Part shown: positions 38,134 through 49,079 of the stretch, one piece after another
Position numbering within the stretch: position 1 is the stretch's first letter
Layout of the letters: each line of letters opens with the position of its first letter
NCBI GenBank assembly: GCA_046594125.1
Contig: JBKJQD010000138.1
Location: 1-61,970 of the forward strand
Source of the DNA: Aestuariivirga sp.
Lineage (GTDB): Bacteria; Pseudomonadota; Alphaproteobacteria; Rhizobiales; Aestuariivirgaceae
Direction: 5' to 3'
Length of the DNA stretch: 61,970 nucleotides
Notes under the pieces: generated by a model
What the model saw: only the letters and a program-made list of their open reading frames with translations
The model's database searches: none
Told to the model about the DNA's origin: nothing
Program-made: the position numbers and the translations under genes

Positions 38134-38876
38134 TCCTGTTTCCGGCCATCGATCTCAAGGATGGGCAATGCGTGCGCCTGAAACTTGGCGACATGGATCA
38201 AGCGACAGTTTTCAATCATGACCCCGCCGCCCAGGCCATGATCTTCCAGACACAAGGCTTCGAGTGGTTGCACCTCGTGGATCTCAACGGGGCTTTCGCT
38301 GGCATGCCGGTGAATGGCGCCGCCGTCGAGAGCATCCTCGACACCATCACCATTCCGGTACAGCTCGGCGGCGGCATCCGCAATCTGGGCCAGATCGAGG
38401 ACTGGCTGGCGCGGGGGGTGAAGCGGGTGATTCTCGGAACCATAGCGTTGAAGTTTCCGGCAATCGTCCGCGACGCTTGCAAGCATTTTCCCGGAAGCAT
38501 CGTTGTCGGCATCGACGCGAAGGGCGGACGCGTGGCCGTGGAGGGCTGGGCTGAAACCGCCGACCTGACGGCCATCGAACTGGCGGCACGCTTCGAGGAT
38601 GCCGGAGTCTCAGCCATCATCTTCACCGACATTGATCGTGACGGAGTGCTCAAAGGTCTCAATATCGAGTCGACTCTGGCGCTGGCCCGGGCCACGCACA
38701 TTCCCGTCATTGCCAGCGGCGGCCTGGCCTCGCTTGATGATGTGACACGTTTGCTTCAGGCGGACTGCCAGATTCTGCAAGGTGCCATTTCGGGCCGGGC
38801 ACTTTATGATGGCAGGCTGGATGCGGGCGCGGCGTTGCACATGATCCGGGAGCACCGGGCGGTGAAACATGCTTAA
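38130..38876 (+). CDS. hisA: ProFAR isomerase
   Basis: PAIDL..G.CVRL..G, HLVDL.GA, GGGIR and TDI.RDG motifs. Confidence 0.96.
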   Translation: MILFPAIDLKDGQCVRLKLGDMDQATVFNHDPAAQAMIFQTQGFEWLHLVDLNGAFAGMPVNGAAVESILDTITIPVQLGGGIRNLGQIEDWLARGVKRVILGTIALKFPAIVRDACKHFPGSIVVGIDAKGGRVAVEGWAETADLTAIELAARFEDAGVSAIIFTDIDRDGVLKGLNIESTLALARATHIPVIASGGLASLDDVTRLLQADCQILQGAISGRALYDGRLDAGAALHMIREHRAVKHA

Positions 38877-39630
38877 GGCGAGGCTTATTCCCTGTCTCGA
38901 TGTGAAGGACGGCCGCGTCGTCAAGGGCGTGAACTTCGTCGATCTGCGCGACGCGGGCGATCCCGTCGAAATCGCCAAGGCCTATGACACCGCTGGTGCT
39001 GACGAACTGTGTTTTCTCGACATCACCGCGACTCACGAGAACCGTGGCATTCTCTTTGACGCCGTCACCCGCACCGCCGAAGCCTGCTTTATGCCGCTAA
39101 CTGTCGGCGGCGGCGTCAAAACGCTGGATGATATTCGCAACTTGCTTCTGGCGGGCGCCGACAAGGTGTCGATCAACTCGGCAGCCGTTGCGGATCGCGG
39201 TTTCGTGCGCCGCGCCGCCGAAAAATTTGGCAGCCAATGTGTGGTCGTGGCCATCGATGCCAAGTCCGTAGCGCCGGGCAAATGGGAAATCTTCACCCAC
39301 GGCGGACGCAAGGCGGCGGGACTCGATGCAGTCGAATTCGCCAGTGAAGTGGTGGCACTGGGCGCTGGCGAAATCCTGCTCACCTCCATGGACCGCGACG
39401 GTACGGGTCAAGGCTTCGACATCGAACTGACGCGCACCATCGCCGACGCGGTCGCCGTTCCGGTCATCGCCTCAGGCGGCGTCGGCACGCTTGATCATCT
39501 GGTGGCGGGAATCCGCGATGGCCATGCCGCCGCCGTCCTGGCCGCCTCCATTTTCCACTTCGGAACCTATTCGATCAGCGAAGCCAAGGCGCACCTTTCG
39601 TCCTATGGCGTGCCGATGCGGCTGTGTTAG
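38869..39630 (+). CDS. hisF: Imidazole glycerol phosphate synthase cyclase subunit
   Basis: IPCLDV..GRVVKG, GADE..FLDI, SMDRDG and ASIFH motifs. Confidence 0.97.
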   Translation: MLKARLIPCLDVKDGRVVKGVNFVDLRDAGDPVEIAKAYDTAGADELCFLDITATHENRGILFDAVTRTAEACFMPLTVGGGVKTLDDIRNLLLAGADKVSINSAAVADRGFVRRAAEKFGSQCVVVAIDAKSVAPGKWEIFTHGGRKAAGLDAVEFASEVVALGAGEILLTSMDRDGTGQGFDIELTRTIADAVAVPVIASGGVGTLDHLVAGIRDGHAAAVLAASIFHFGTYSISEAKAHLSSYGVPMRLC

Positions 39631-39638
39631 ACAAAACC

Positions 39639-39971
39639 ATGGATGACTATCGTCTTAGCGTACTGGCAGACCTTGCCCAGTCGATTGCCGCCCGCAAGGG
39701 GACCTCGCCCGAAGATTCCTATACGGCGAAGCTGATGTCCCAGGGCATCGAGAAATGCGCCAAGAAACTGGGCGAGGAAGCCGTCGAAGCGGCACTGGCG
39801 GCGATGACCGGCGACCGCCGGCATCTCGTGGCCGAAGCAGCCGATGTGCTCTATCATCTGCTGGTGCTGCTGGAAGTCTCCGGCAGTGGATTGTCCGAGG
39901 TGATGGTTGAACTCGAGCGCCGCAAGGGCGTCAGCGGCATCGCCGAAAAAGCGTCGCGCCAAAAGGCCTGA
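39639..39971 (+). CDS. hisE: Phosphoribosyl-ATP diphosphatase
   Basis: SYTA.L, KK.GEEAVE and E.AD.LYH motifs. Confidence 0.95.
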   Translation: MDDYRLSVLADLAQSIAARKGTSPEDSYTAKLMSQGIEKCAKKLGEEAVEAALAAMTGDRRHLVAEAADVLYHLLVLLEVSGSGLSEVMVELERRKGVSGIAEKASRQKA

Positions 39972-39973
39972 GA

Positions 39974-40924
39974 ATGGAAGAGCTCGCCAAGGAAGTCTCG
40001 CCATTCCGCCGGTTTTCGCGCGACGAGTGGGCGGCACTTCGCGCCGATACGCCGATGACGCTGACCCAGACCGACCTCGATGAATTGCGCGGTCTCAACG
40101 ACCGCATCGACCTGGCCGAAGTCGAGACCATCTATCTGCCGCTGTCGCGTCTGCTCAATCTCTATGTCGCCGCCACGCAAGGATTGTTCCGCGCCACCAA
40201 TAATTTCCTGCATCTGAACGACCGTAAGGTGCCCTACATCATCGGCATGGCGGGCAGCGTGGCGGTGGGCAAGAGCACCACGGCGCGCATCCTGCAGCGG
40301 CTTCTGGCGCGCTGGCCAAAGCATCCGAAGGTGGACCTGGTTACCACCGACGGCTTTCTGATGCCCAATGCCGTTCTCGAACGCGAAGGGCTCATGGCGC
40401 GGAAAGGTTTTCCGGAGAGCTATGATCTTCCGGCGATCCTGCGTTTTATGTCCGGTATCAAGGCCGGTGAACGCAATGTCTCGGCACCTCTCTATTCGCA
40501 TCTGACCTACGATGTCCTGAAGGACGAGCGCATCGTCATCGACCAGCCGGATATTCTCATCGTTGAAGGTTTGAACGTCCTGCAGACCGGACGCCCGCCG
40601 CGCGACGGGCGTGGCATCCCCAACACGTCGGACTTCTTTGATTTCTCGATCTACATCGATGCCGAGACTGAAGACTTGAAAAAGTGGTACATAGAGCGCT
40701 TCAGATCACTGCGCGACGGCGCTTTCCGCAATCCCAAGTCCTATTTCCACCGCTATGCCTCGCTGGCCGACGAAGAGGCGCGCGAAACGGCAACGCGTAT
40801 CTGGGAAACCATCAATCTCGTCAATCTGCGTGAGAACGTCCTGCCGACCCGCCCGCGGGCCGATCTGGTGCTGCGCAAAGGTGCGGATCACTTTATCCGC
40901 AGCGTCTTTCTCCGGAGACTATAG
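39974..40924 (+). CDS. coaA: Type I pantothenate kinase
   Basis: [25 protein letters not shown] and EGLNVLQ motifs. Confidence 0.97.
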   Translation: MEELAKEVSPFRRFSRDEWAALRADTPMTLTQTDLDELRGLNDRIDLAEVETIYLPLSRLLNLYVAATQGLFRATNNFLHLNDRKVPYIIGMAGSVAVGKSTTARILQRLLARWPKHPKVDLVTTDGFLMPNAVLEREGLMARKGFPESYDLPAILRFMSGIKAGERNVSAPLYSHLTYDVLKDERIVIDQPDILIVEGLNVLQTGRPPRDGRGIPNTSDFFDFSIYIDAETEDLKKWYIERFRSLRDGAFRNPKSYFHRYASLADEEARETATRIWETINLVNLRENVLPTRPRADLVLRKGADHFIRSVFLRRL

Positions 40925-41914
40925 AAGGCCCGAGCCCTCGGCATGGGCTGCAAGATTGATTTCCGGTCTTGCCCCGATATGCGAAATGACTTCGGCTGCC
41001 GCAAGCCCGCCAATACGGGCGCAGGCCGGCAGCTTCATGCCTCTGGTGAAAGCAAAAAGAAATCCCGCGGCAAAAAGATCGCCGGCACCTGTCACATCGA
41101 CCACGCGATTGACCGGAGAGGCCGGCACCGCATGGACTTCGGCACCGCGCACCACGACACAGCCCGCCGCCGACCGGGTCAACACGGCAATCGGGCAGTC
41201 CTTGCGGATCGCCTGCATGGCGCCATCGAAGTTCTGGGTCTTGTACAGCGATTTGATCTCCGACTCGTTGGCAAAGACGATGTCGATATCGGAGCGGATC
41301 AGCTCAAGAAAACTATCACGATGCCTCTCGACACAGAAGGAGTCGGACAGCGTGATCGAGGTCATGCGGCCAGCCTGGCGGGCGATGGCGGCGGCGCGCT
41401 TGAAGGCCTGCATCGCTTCCGGCCGGTCCCAGAGATAGCCTTCCATGTAGGTGATCTTGGCATTCTCGACGACACCCGCATCGATGTCATCAGTTGTCAG
41501 ATTCACACATGCACCAAGATAGGTGTTCATCGTCCGCTCGCCATCGGGCGTCACGAGTATGAACGACCGCGCCGTGGCTGGTCCGGTGGGCGCGGCAATG
41601 GAGTCGAAGCGCACCCCCTGCGACCGCATGTCATGACGAAAGATACTGCCGAGCTGGTCGTCCTTGACCTTGCCGAAATAGGCTGCACGTCCGCCAAGCG
41701 AGGCCACACCTGCGGCGGTGTTGCCAGCCGAACCGCCCGAAACCTCGATAGCCTGCCCCATGTCGCCATAAAGGTATTCGGCGCGCTCTTCATCGATCAG
41801 GTTCATCGAACCCTTGACCAGGCCGTGCCGGATGATGAAACTGTCGTCGACGCGGGCGATCACGTCGACAATGGCATTGCCGATACACAGGACATCAAGG
41901 CTTGTATCCGTCAT
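40919..41914 (-). CDS. Adenosine kinase / PfkB-family carbohydrate kinase
   Basis: GNAIVD, GGSA.NT, ERTM.T.LG, FANE.E and D.TGAGD.FA.G motifs. Confidence 0.9.
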   Translation of the reverse strand: MTDTSLDVLCIGNAIVDVIARVDDSFIIRHGLVKGSMNLIDEERAEYLYGDMGQAIEVSGGSAGNTAAGVASLGGRAAYFGKVKDDQLGSIFRHDMRSQGVRFDSIAAPTGPATARSFILVTPDGERTMNTYLGACVNLTTDDIDAGVVENAKITYMEGYLWDRPEAMQAFKRAAAIARQAGRMTSITLSDSFCVERHRDSFLELIRSDIDIVFANESEIKSLYKTQNFDGAMQAIRKDCPIAVLTRSAAGCVVVRGAEVHAVPASPVNRVVDVTGAGDLFAAGFLFAFTRGMKLPACARIGGLAAAEVISHIGARPEINLAAHAEGSGLL

Positions 41915-41996
41915 TCAAGAAACTCCGTGGCGAAGGCTTAGCCCCTAGCCGAGTGCCCTTGCGCTTGCAAGCAACCCATCGGAAATGCCGCCAGTC

Positions 41997-42659
41997 ATGC
42001 TGAAAGCCATGTTCAAGGCCCTTGGCGATGTCGTTTCGCCCGAGTTGCGATCAATTCTGTTCAAGGCAATCGCCATGACCGCGGCACTTTTTGTGGCCAT
42101 TCTGATTGTGGTGGAAGTGGCGATCAATTACCTGGTGCAATTCTCCTGGACATGGGCTGACTGGGTTCTGTCGATCGGCACGGGACTGATCCTTGTGGTC
42201 GCCTTCTTTTTCCTGATTGCGCCCGTGACGGTGGCTTTTGCCGGACTGTTTCTGGACAGGGTTGCCGAGCGTGTGGAGAAAAAGCACTATCCGGCTGACC
42301 GGCCCGGAACGGCACTTGCCGGCTTCAGCGCCCTGCTTGTCACCCTGAGGTTTGGCGGACTTGTTCTGCTGGTGAATCTGGCGCTGCTTCCGGCGATCTT
42401 CCTGGGCATTGGCGCCATCCTGCTGCTGATCATCAATGCCTATCTGCTGAGCCGGGAATATTTTGAAATGGCCGCCATGCGCCACATGACGGTTGATGAT
42501 GCCCTGCGCCTCCGCCGGGAGAATGGACCGCTCATATTCGTGTCGGGACTTGTACCGGCCCTGTTGGCGCTCGTGCCCATTGTCAATCTGGCGGTGCCAC
42601 TCTTTGCCACCGCCTATTTCGTTCACATCTTCAAGTGGGTGCGGGCGTCTTCGGCTTGA
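41997..42659 (+). CDS. EI24/CysZ-like membrane protein
   Basis: F.D.VAE.VE...YP, N.YLL.REY....A.R and P..NL..P motifs; multi-pass hydrophobic protein. Confidence 0.8.
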   Translation: MLKAMFKALGDVVSPELRSILFKAIAMTAALFVAILIVVEVAINYLVQFSWTWADWVLSIGTGLILVVAFFFLIAPVTVAFAGLFLDRVAERVEKKHYPADRPGTALAGFSALLVTLRFGGLVLLVNLALLPAIFLGIGAILLLIINAYLLSREYFEMAAMRHMTVDDALRLRRENGPLIFVSGLVPALLALVPIVNLAVPLFATAYFVHIFKWVRASSA

Positions 42660-43290
42660 AGAGGCAGAGATCGGCGATCAGACAGCGCCAGCACTCGGGC
42701 TTTCGCGCCTTGCAGATATAGCGTCCATGAAGAATAAGCCAATGATGCGCGTGGAGCCGATAGACTTCCGGTACCGCTTTGAGAAGTTTCATTTCGACCT
42801 CTAGGGGCGTCTTGCCGGGCGCCAGGCCGATGCGGTTTCCCAGCCTGAAGATATGGGTATCAACAGCGATGGTCGGATGGCCAAAGGCTGAGTTGAGAAC
42901 CACATTGGCCGTCTTGCGGCCAACGCCGGGCAAGGCTTCTAGCGCTTCGCGGTCATTGGGGACTTCAGCGCCGTGCCGGTCGATCAATTGCCGGGACAGG
43001 GCGATGACATTTTTTGCCTTGGCCCGGAACAGACCGATGGTCTTGATGTGATCGCGTAGCCGGTCTTCACCCAGTTCGATCATCTTCGCCGGTGTATCGG
43101 CAATTTCAAACAGCTTGCCCGTGGCGCGGTTGACACCCTCGTCGGTCGCTTGCGCCGAAAGCACCACCGCCACCAGAAAGGTAAAGACGTTCCGCGAGTG
43201 GAGTTCGCCTTTGGGTTCGGGATTATCTGCCCGGAAGCGCTCGAACATGTCGGTGACGGCGCTGGCCACCAGCCGCTTTTTCCCTGCCAT
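42631..43290 (-). CDS. nth: Endonuclease III
   Basis: LSAQ.TD, LPGVGRKTA, VDTH motifs and C-X6-C-X2-C-X5-C 4Fe-4S motif. Confidence 0.97.
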   Translation of the reverse strand: MAGKKRLVASAVTDMFERFRADNPEPKGELHSRNVFTFLVAVVLSAQATDEGVNRATGKLFEIADTPAKMIELGEDRLRDHIKTIGLFRAKAKNVIALSRQLIDRHGAEVPNDREALEALPGVGRKTANVVLNSAFGHPTIAVDTHIFRLGNRIGLAPGKTPLEVEMKLLKAVPEVYRLHAHHWLILHGRYICKARKPECWRCLIADLCLFKPKTPAPT

Positions 43291-43330
43291 GGAAGGTCCT
43301 TTTCAATCTTTGGGTACCGAGTAGAATGCG

Positions 43331-43807
43331 ATGATGGAACAGCGCGACAAAGTCTGGCAAGCGATTCTCACGCCGCACCGCAGCCTGAGCCGGTCTGGCT
43401 TCCTGACCGTCATGGGGCTGGTGATTGCCATCAACCTGATCGTTGGAATTTCCTTTGTTCTGGCGGGCGCCTGGCCGGTCTTTGGATTTGCCGGGCTTGA
43501 CGTACTGGTGATCTGGCTGGCCTTCCGCGCCAATTTCGCGGCGGCACGCCGTGCCGAGCGCATCAGCATTACCGAGCATGAAGTTGTCCTCGAACGGCTG
43601 TCGGAGCGCCAGGGCGGGGATCGCCAGGTCTTTGTCCGGCGCTGGGTCCGGGTGCAGCTTGAGGAAGACCGTGAGCGTGAGCTGGTCGGCGCCCTCTATC
43701 TGGTCTCCGGCGGCCGCAAGACGCAAGTGGGAGATTTCCTGGGTGGTACCGAGAAGAAGGAACTGGCAACCGCCCTTTCCGCCGCCCTGGCCATTGCGCA
43801 TATTTGA
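43331..43807 (+). CDS. DUF2244 membrane protein
   Basis: L.P.RSL...GF, GAWPV.GF.GLD and G.FL...E...LA motifs. Confidence 0.88.
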   Translation: MMEQRDKVWQAILTPHRSLSRSGFLTVMGLVIAINLIVGISFVLAGAWPVFGFAGLDVLVIWLAFRANFAAARRAERISITEHEVVLERLSERQGGDRQVFVRRWVRVQLEEDRERELVGALYLVSGGRKTQVGDFLGGTEKKELATALSAALAIAHI

Positions 43808-43854
43808 TCAGGAATCGGGTGGCATGGCGGGCTCTTCCTGCCTATCCTGGGACC

Positions 43855-44721
43855 ATGATGACCCATGACAGCACGACCTCCTCCGGCGACTACGAGATGG
43901 TTCGCCGCAATCTCGAATTCCTGCGGGAAAACTGGCGCGACCAGCCGTCGCTGGACGATCTGGCCTCGCACAACGGCGTCAGCGGCGCCCACCTGCAAAG
44001 ATTGTTCATGCGCTGGGCGGGCCTCAGCCCCAAGGCCTTTCTTCAAGCGCTGACCATAGACCATGCCCGAAAGCTGCTGCGCGATTCGGCCAGCGTTCTC
44101 GATACCGCCTACGAGGTGGGCCTGTCGGGACCAGGCCGTCTGCATGATCTGTTTGTGACCCACGAAGGCATGGCGCCGGGTGCCTACAAGGCCCGGGGGC
44201 ATGGCCTGTCGATTCGCCATGGCTTTCACGACTGCCCCTTTGGCCGTGTTCTGCTCATGGCAACGGAACTGGGGCTTTGCGGTCTTGCCTTCGCCGATGC
44301 GGGCGGGGAAGCGGCGGCCCTTTCCGACATGATGCAACGCTGGCCCCAGGCGAACTACGTCGAGGACGCAGCCGCCACAGCACCTTTCGTGTCCCGTATC
44401 TTCAACCGAGAGCAATGGAAATCCGGCCAGCCGCTCCGCATCGTCTTCATCGGCACCGAATTCGAGACAAGAGTCTGGCAAACCCTGCTGCGTATTCCGC
44501 TGGGCAAGGCAACGACCTATTCCGATATTGCCACCCACATCGGAAAGCCTGCCGCCTCAAGAGCCGTGGGAAGTGCGGTTGGCCGCAATCCGATTTCCTT
44601 CGTCGTTCCCTGCCATCGCGTCCTGGGAAAATCCGGCAGCCTTTGCGGCTATCACTGGGGACTGACACGCAAACAGGCCATTCTTGGCTGGGAAGCAGGC
44701 GTTGGCTCCGCAGCGGCTTAA
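43855..44721 (+). CDS. AraC-type HTH / methylated-DNA-protein-cysteine methyltransferase (Ada-like)
   Basis: AraC-like HTH (HLQR.F..WAG.SPK) with GT.F...VW..L..IP.G, RAVG.A and VPCHRV motifs; no N-terminal Ada zinc domain. Confidence 0.92.
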   Translation: MMTHDSTTSSGDYEMVRRNLEFLRENWRDQPSLDDLASHNGVSGAHLQRLFMRWAGLSPKAFLQALTIDHARKLLRDSASVLDTAYEVGLSGPGRLHDLFVTHEGMAPGAYKARGHGLSIRHGFHDCPFGRVLLMATELGLCGLAFADAGGEAAALSDMMQRWPQANYVEDAAATAPFVSRIFNREQWKSGQPLRIVFIGTEFETRVWQTLLRIPLGKATTYSDIATHIGKPAASRAVGSAVGRNPISFVVPCHRVLGKSGSLCGYHWGLTRKQAILGWEAGVGSAAA

Positions 44722-45137
44722 AGTGCTGCTGACTTCTTCAGTCTGACGATGACATCGACCCGGTCGATTTCGGTCCCCGGCGGCAATGCTGGAAGGCCTG
44801 TCACCGAAACGCCCGGCCCCTCGATGTCGATCAGTCCGCCGTTGTCTCCCAGATAATAGTGGAAGTGGTTGGACGTGTTGGTATCGAAAAAGGTTCTGTC
44901 GCCTTCGATTGCCACTTCGCGCAACAGGCCGGCATCGGTGAACTGGTTGAGCGTATTGTAGACGGTAGCCATCGAGACTGGAATTTTCGCGGCTACCGCC
45001 TCCTGATGCAGCGCCTCGGCGCTGACATGCCGGTCTTCGCCGTTAAACAGGATTTCGGCCAAGGCCAGCCTTTGCCGGGTGGGGCGCAGACCCGTCAGGC
45101 GCAATTTTTCAATCAGTTTGCGGTCGAATGTCTTCAT
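44718..45137 (-). CDS. irr: Iron response regulator (Fur family)
   Basis: [23 protein letters not shown]...GL, FDTN...HxH and VD.IVRL motifs; divergent from fabA; start at the ATG at 45137. Confidence 0.88.
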   Translation of the reverse strand: MKTFDRKLIEKLRLTGLRPTRQRLALAEILFNGEDRHVSAEALHQEAVAAKIPVSMATVYNTLNQFTDAGLLREVAIEGDRTFFDTNTSNHFHYYLGDNGGLIDIEGPGVSVTGLPALPPGTEIDRVDVIVRLKKSAAL

Positions 45138-45148
45138 CTCTGGACGCC

Positions 45149-45194
45149 TTATAGGCCAATTTGCGCCGGTCTTGCAAATGCGGCGCGCTGCCGC
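45149..45194 (-). promoter_or_regulatory. Putative irr promoter with an adjacent RegR/PrrA-like box
   Basis: TTGCAA-N17-CTATAA on the minus strand (45177-45149); GCGGC-N5-GCCGC at 45180-45194. Confidence 0.35.
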
Positions 45195-45290
45195 GTCCGA
45201 TGCGGGCTTGGACCAGCCCGAGACCCTGTGATAGGAACAGCTTCGGTTGGCATGGTGGCCTACGCCGGAATTGGGGACAAACGGAAGAGC

Positions 45291-45806
45291 ATGACTGAAC
45301 GAAAATCGCGGTTCGACTATGAAGAACTGCTGGCCTGCGGGCGTGGCGAACTGTTCGGGCCTGGAAATGCGCAGCTGCCGCTGCCGCCCATGCTGATGTT
45401 CGACCGCATTACCGGGATCACCAGGGATGGCGGGCCGGCTGGACTTGGGCGGGTAACGGCCGAATTCGATATCAATCCCGACCTGTGGTTCTTCCAATGC
45501 CATTTCCAGGGCGATCCCGTCATGCCGGGCTGTCTCGGTCTTGACGCGCTGTGGCAATTGACTGGATTCTTTCTGGGCTGGCTTGGCGAGCCGGGCCGGG
45601 GCCGGGCTCTGGGTGTCGGTGAAGTGAAGCTCAAAGGCATGGTTACGCCGAAGGTCAGGAAGCTGACCTACGATGTCGAAATCACGAGGCTCATCCTGCG
45701 CAAGCTCAAACTGGCTGTGGCCAATGGCACCATGACAGCCGATGGTGAAATCGTCTATCAGGTCAGCGATATGAAAGTCGGGCTGTTCGAACCTACGGCA
45801 GGTTGA
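45291..45806 (+). CDS. fabA: 3-hydroxydecanoyl-ACP dehydratase/isomerase
   Basis: [18 protein letters not shown] and [18 protein letters not shown] motifs. Confidence 0.97.
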   Translation: MTERKSRFDYEELLACGRGELFGPGNAQLPLPPMLMFDRITGITRDGGPAGLGRVTAEFDINPDLWFFQCHFQGDPVMPGCLGLDALWQLTGFFLGWLGEPGRGRALGVGEVKLKGMVTPKVRKLTYDVEITRLILRKLKLAVANGTMTADGEIVYQVSDMKVGLFEPTAG

Positions 45807-45818
45807 GGCACAGGAGAA

Positions 45819-47039
45819 ATGACCATGCGTCGCGTCGTCGTGACCGGTCTCGGTATCGTATCGAGCATCGGCAACAATGTTCAGGAAGTGCTGGGCTCCC
45901 TGCGCGAAGCCAAGTCGGGCATCGTCAAAGCTGAGTCCTATGAGAAGCTCGGTTTCCGCTGCCAGGTCCATGGTGCCCCTCACTACGATCTTGAAAGCAT
46001 CGACCGGCGTGTGCGGCGCTTCATGGGCGATGGTGCCGCCTGGAACTACGTCGCCATGCAGCAGGCCATCGTCGACTCCGGCCTTGAGGACAACGATGTC
46101 AAGAACGACCGGACCGGCATCATCATGGGGTCGGGCGGACCCTCGACGCGTACCATCGTGGCCGCCGCCGATACGACCCGCGACAAGGGGCCGAGGCGGG
46201 TGGGGCCCTTTGCCGTTCCAGCCAGCATGTCGAGCACCAATTCCGCAACGCTGGCAACGCCCTTCGGCATTCGCGGCGTGAATTATTCAATCTCCTCGGC
46301 CTGTGCCACCTCCGCCCATTGCATCGGCAATGCCGCTGAAATGATTCAATGGGGCAAGCAGGACATCATGTTTGCCGGCGGCGGCGAGGAGCTCGACTGG
46401 ACGCTCTCGGTGCTCTTTGACGCCATGGGTGCCATGTCGTCAAAGTACAATGCCACGCCGGCCAAAGCCTCGCGCGCCTATGACAAGAATCGCGATGGCT
46501 TCGTGATCGCTGGCGGCGGTGGCACGGTTGTTCTGGAGGAACTGGAACACGCCAAGGCGCGTGGTGCCAGGATCTATGCGGAGCTTGTGGGCTATGGCGC
46601 GACTTCGGATGGCTACGACATGGTGGCGCCGTCAGGCGAAGGGGCGGCACGTTGCATGCGCCTTGCCATGTCGACGGTGAAAGAGAAGATCGACTACATC
46701 AATCCCCACGCCACATCGACTCCCATCGGTGACAAGAAGGAAGTCGAGGCCATCCGCGCCGTGTTCGGCAGCGAGATACCGGCCATCTCCGCGACCAAGT
46801 CGCTGACCGGCCATTCGCTTGGCGCAACCGGCGTTCAGGAAGCAATTTATTGCATTCTGATGATGAACAATGGCTTCATCTGCGAAAGCGCCAATATCGA
46901 GGAGCTGGATCCAGAGTTTGCCGATATACCGATTGCCCGCCAGCGCATCGACAACGCCAGGATCGACGTTGTCATGTCCAACAGCTTCGGGTTTGGCGGC
47001 ACCAACGGCACCCTCGTTTTCCAGCGTTACAATGGCTGA
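45819..47039 (+). CDS. fabB: 3-oxoacyl-ACP synthase I
   Basis: SSACATS.H, N.HATST, KS.TGH and SNSFGFGG motifs. Confidence 0.96.
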   Translation: MTMRRVVVTGLGIVSSIGNNVQEVLGSLREAKSGIVKAESYEKLGFRCQVHGAPHYDLESIDRRVRRFMGDGAAWNYVAMQQAIVDSGLEDNDVKNDRTGIIMGSGGPSTRTIVAAADTTRDKGPRRVGPFAVPASMSSTNSATLATPFGIRGVNYSISSACATSAHCIGNAAEMIQWGKQDIMFAGGGEELDWTLSVLFDAMGAMSSKYNATPAKASRAYDKNRDGFVIAGGGGTVVLEELEHAKARGARIYAELVGYGATSDGYDMVAPSGEGAARCMRLAMSTVKEKIDYINPHATSTPIGDKKEVEAIRAVFGSEIPAISATKSLTGHSLGATGVQEAIYCILMMNNGFICESANIEELDPEFADIPIARQRIDNARIDVVMSNSFGFGGTNGTLVFQRYNG

Positions 47040-47847
47040 TCATATGATTGATGGATTGATGAAAGGCCGCCGCGGCTTGGTGATGGGCGTGGCCAACGAC
47101 CACTCGATAGCCTGGGGCATTGCCCGGCAGCTCCATGCCCACGGTGCCGAACTGGCCTTCACCTACCAGGGCGAGGCCTTTGGCAAACGTGTGAAGCCGC
47201 TGGCCGGCTCGGTTGGCTCCGACGTGCTTCTGTCCTGTGACGTGGAGGACATCGCAACCGTCGACGCCGCTTTCGATGTGCTCAAGAAAAAATGGGGCAC
47301 CATCGACTTCGTCGTTCATGCCATCGCGTTCTCAGACAAGAACGAACTCAAAGGCAAGTACGCGGACACAACGCGCGAGAATTTTTCGCGCACCATGCTG
47401 ATCTCGTGTTTCTCTTTTACAGAGATTGCCAAACGCGCGGCGACGCTTATGCCAAATGGCGGCGCGCTCGTCACGCTGACCTACGGCGGTTCGGTGCGGG
47501 TTATGCCGAACTACAATGTAATGGGTGTCGCCAAGGCGGCACTCGAGGCTTCCGTGCGCTATTTAGCCGCCGACTATGGCCCGCAGGGCATTCGCGTCAA
47601 TGCCATATCGGCGGGACCGATGCGGACACTGGCGGGGGCTGGCATCGGCGATGCCCGCGCTATGTTCAGCTACCAGCAGAGCCATGCGCCCTTGCGCCGT
47701 ACCATCACGCTTGAGGAAGTGGGCGGCGCCGGCCTCTATTTGCTGTCGGGCCTATCGGGCGGCGTGACCGGAGAAATCCATTATGTGGATTCCGGCTACA
47801 ACATCATCTCAATGCCCCGGCCGGAAGACCTGAAGAACGGCGCTTAG
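47032..47847 (+). CDS. fabI: Enoyl-ACP reductase
   Basis: [29 protein letters not shown] and VD.GY motifs; start 47032 or 47044. Confidence 0.96.
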   Translation: MADHMIDGLMKGRRGLVMGVANDHSIAWGIARQLHAHGAELAFTYQGEAFGKRVKPLAGSVGSDVLLSCDVEDIATVDAAFDVLKKKWGTIDFVVHAIAFSDKNELKGKYADTTRENFSRTMLISCFSFTEIAKRAATLMPNGGALVTLTYGGSVRVMPNYNVMGVAKAALEASVRYLAADYGPQGIRVNAISAGPMRTLAGAGIGDARAMFSYQQSHAPLRRTITLEEVGGAGLYLLSGLSGGVTGEIHYVDSGYNIISMPRPEDLKNGA

Positions 47848-47942
47848 TGGACAAATTTGACACTTGGTACCTGAGCTCATGCTTGAATTTTGGTAAACGG
47901 AACTGGGGCGAAAAGCAATTGTCATGGAAAGCGGGCAGTGCG

Positions 47943-48004
47943 AAAATAACTTCGTAAAAATAACTTCTTGATCTCACGCGCAATGGGTTTAAAAATATCC
48001 CATT
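47943..48004. repeat. Direct repeat AAAATAACTTC x2 plus inverted repeat AATGGG-N11-CCCATT
   Basis: Repeat copies at 47943-47953 and 47957-47967; inverted-repeat arms at 47982-47987 and 47999-48004. Confidence 0.7.
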
Positions 48005-48016
48005 CAAGGGCATTTC

Positions 48017-48967
48017 ATGAAATTGAACTTGAGCCTGATAACAGCCCTTGTCCTGATTGCAGCCATCTGGGCGCTGACTTTCCCGTTGACTAAGATTGCC
48101 GTGCTTGGGGGTTATAGGAATTTCGGAATTATATTCTGGAGTTCAACCATCACCATGGTCGTTCTTGCAATTATCGTCGCATTGCGTGGATTGGTAGTGC
48201 CACTACAACCCGCTGCGCTGGTTCGGTATTTGTTTGTTGCGTTTTTTGGGACCGTATTGCCGAGCGCAGCATCCTACACCTCTGCGGAGCACTTGCCAGC
48301 GGGCGTAATCTCGGTCTGCATGCCCATGATTCCACTTCTATCTCTTCCGCTCGCTATCAGTTTGGGCTTGGACAGCGCAACTCCAAGCAGGCTTCTTGGT
48401 CTTGCTCTCGGTCTATCGGGCGTTTTGCTGATCACACTTCCGGATGCTAGCCTGCCTGATCCAACACAAACTGTATATGTCCTGCTCGCTATGCTTGCTG
48501 TGCTTTCTTACGCCATAGAAGGTGTAGGCTTAGGCCGCATCGGCCGCGCCGGACTTGATCCCATCCAGCTGCTGCTGGGTGCATCAATTGTTTCGGCGGT
48601 TTCAACGTTGCCGGTTGCCCTGGCGACAGGCACCTTCATCATTCCCGTATTGCCGTTCAGCAAGGCGGAGACCGCAGTTGTCTTGTCAGGCCTGGCAAAT
48701 ACCGGAGCCTATGTCGGCTATGTCTGGATGGTGGGACGTGGTGGGGCGGTATTTGCCTCACAGGTGGCCTATTTGGTGACGGGTTTTGGCGTCCTCTGGT
48801 CAATGGTCCTTTTAGGAGAGAGCTATTCAGTTTGGATATGGAGCGCCCTCGTTGTTATAATTGCAGGGCTTTTCCTGACGCAACCGCGGACTACGCCAGC
48901 ACCGGTGCCCACTGCCTTGGCCCCCATCGCGCCCAAGAATGGCATTTTCAAAAAGACTTCGGATTAG
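48017..48967 (+). CDS. DMT/EamA-family transporter on a low-GC islet
   Basis: 316 aa, about 10 TM segments, G.VFASQVAYLVT..GV.W....LGE motif; AT-richer codons than its neighbours. Confidence 0.88.
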   Translation: MKLNLSLITALVLIAAIWALTFPLTKIAVLGGYRNFGIIFWSSTITMVVLAIIVALRGLVVPLQPAALVRYLFVAFFGTVLPSAASYTSAEHLPAGVISVCMPMIPLLSLPLAISLGLDSATPSRLLGLALGLSGVLLITLPDASLPDPTQTVYVLLAMLAVLSYAIEGVGLGRIGRAGLDPIQLLLGASIVSAVSTLPVALATGTFIIPVLPFSKAETAVVLSGLANTGAYVGYVWMVGRGGAVFASQVAYLVTGFGVLWSMVLLGESYSVWIWSALVVIIAGLFLTQPRTTPAPVPTALAPIAPKNGIFKKTSD

Positions 48968-49079
48968 AGTTTCGTCGATGCGCGTTAAAACCAGGAACTA
49001 TGAAGAGTACCAATAGCGGCCTCTATTCCAATGCAAGGAGTCTGTTTCAAACTGTCGTAATCTATGTACTCTCGTTTTA

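Noticed and set aside
45138-45983. 421-aa ORF suggesting a long Irr fusion; likewise the over-long hslU, fabA, gluQ and rsmB ORFs
   Set aside because: The extensions are open frame across neighbouring genes; homologous sequence begins at the downstream starts given in the features.
47866-47878. Adjacent KpnI and SacI sites at the islet edge, suggesting cloned DNA
   Set aside because: Only two sites and no vector or marker sequence; compatible with chance.
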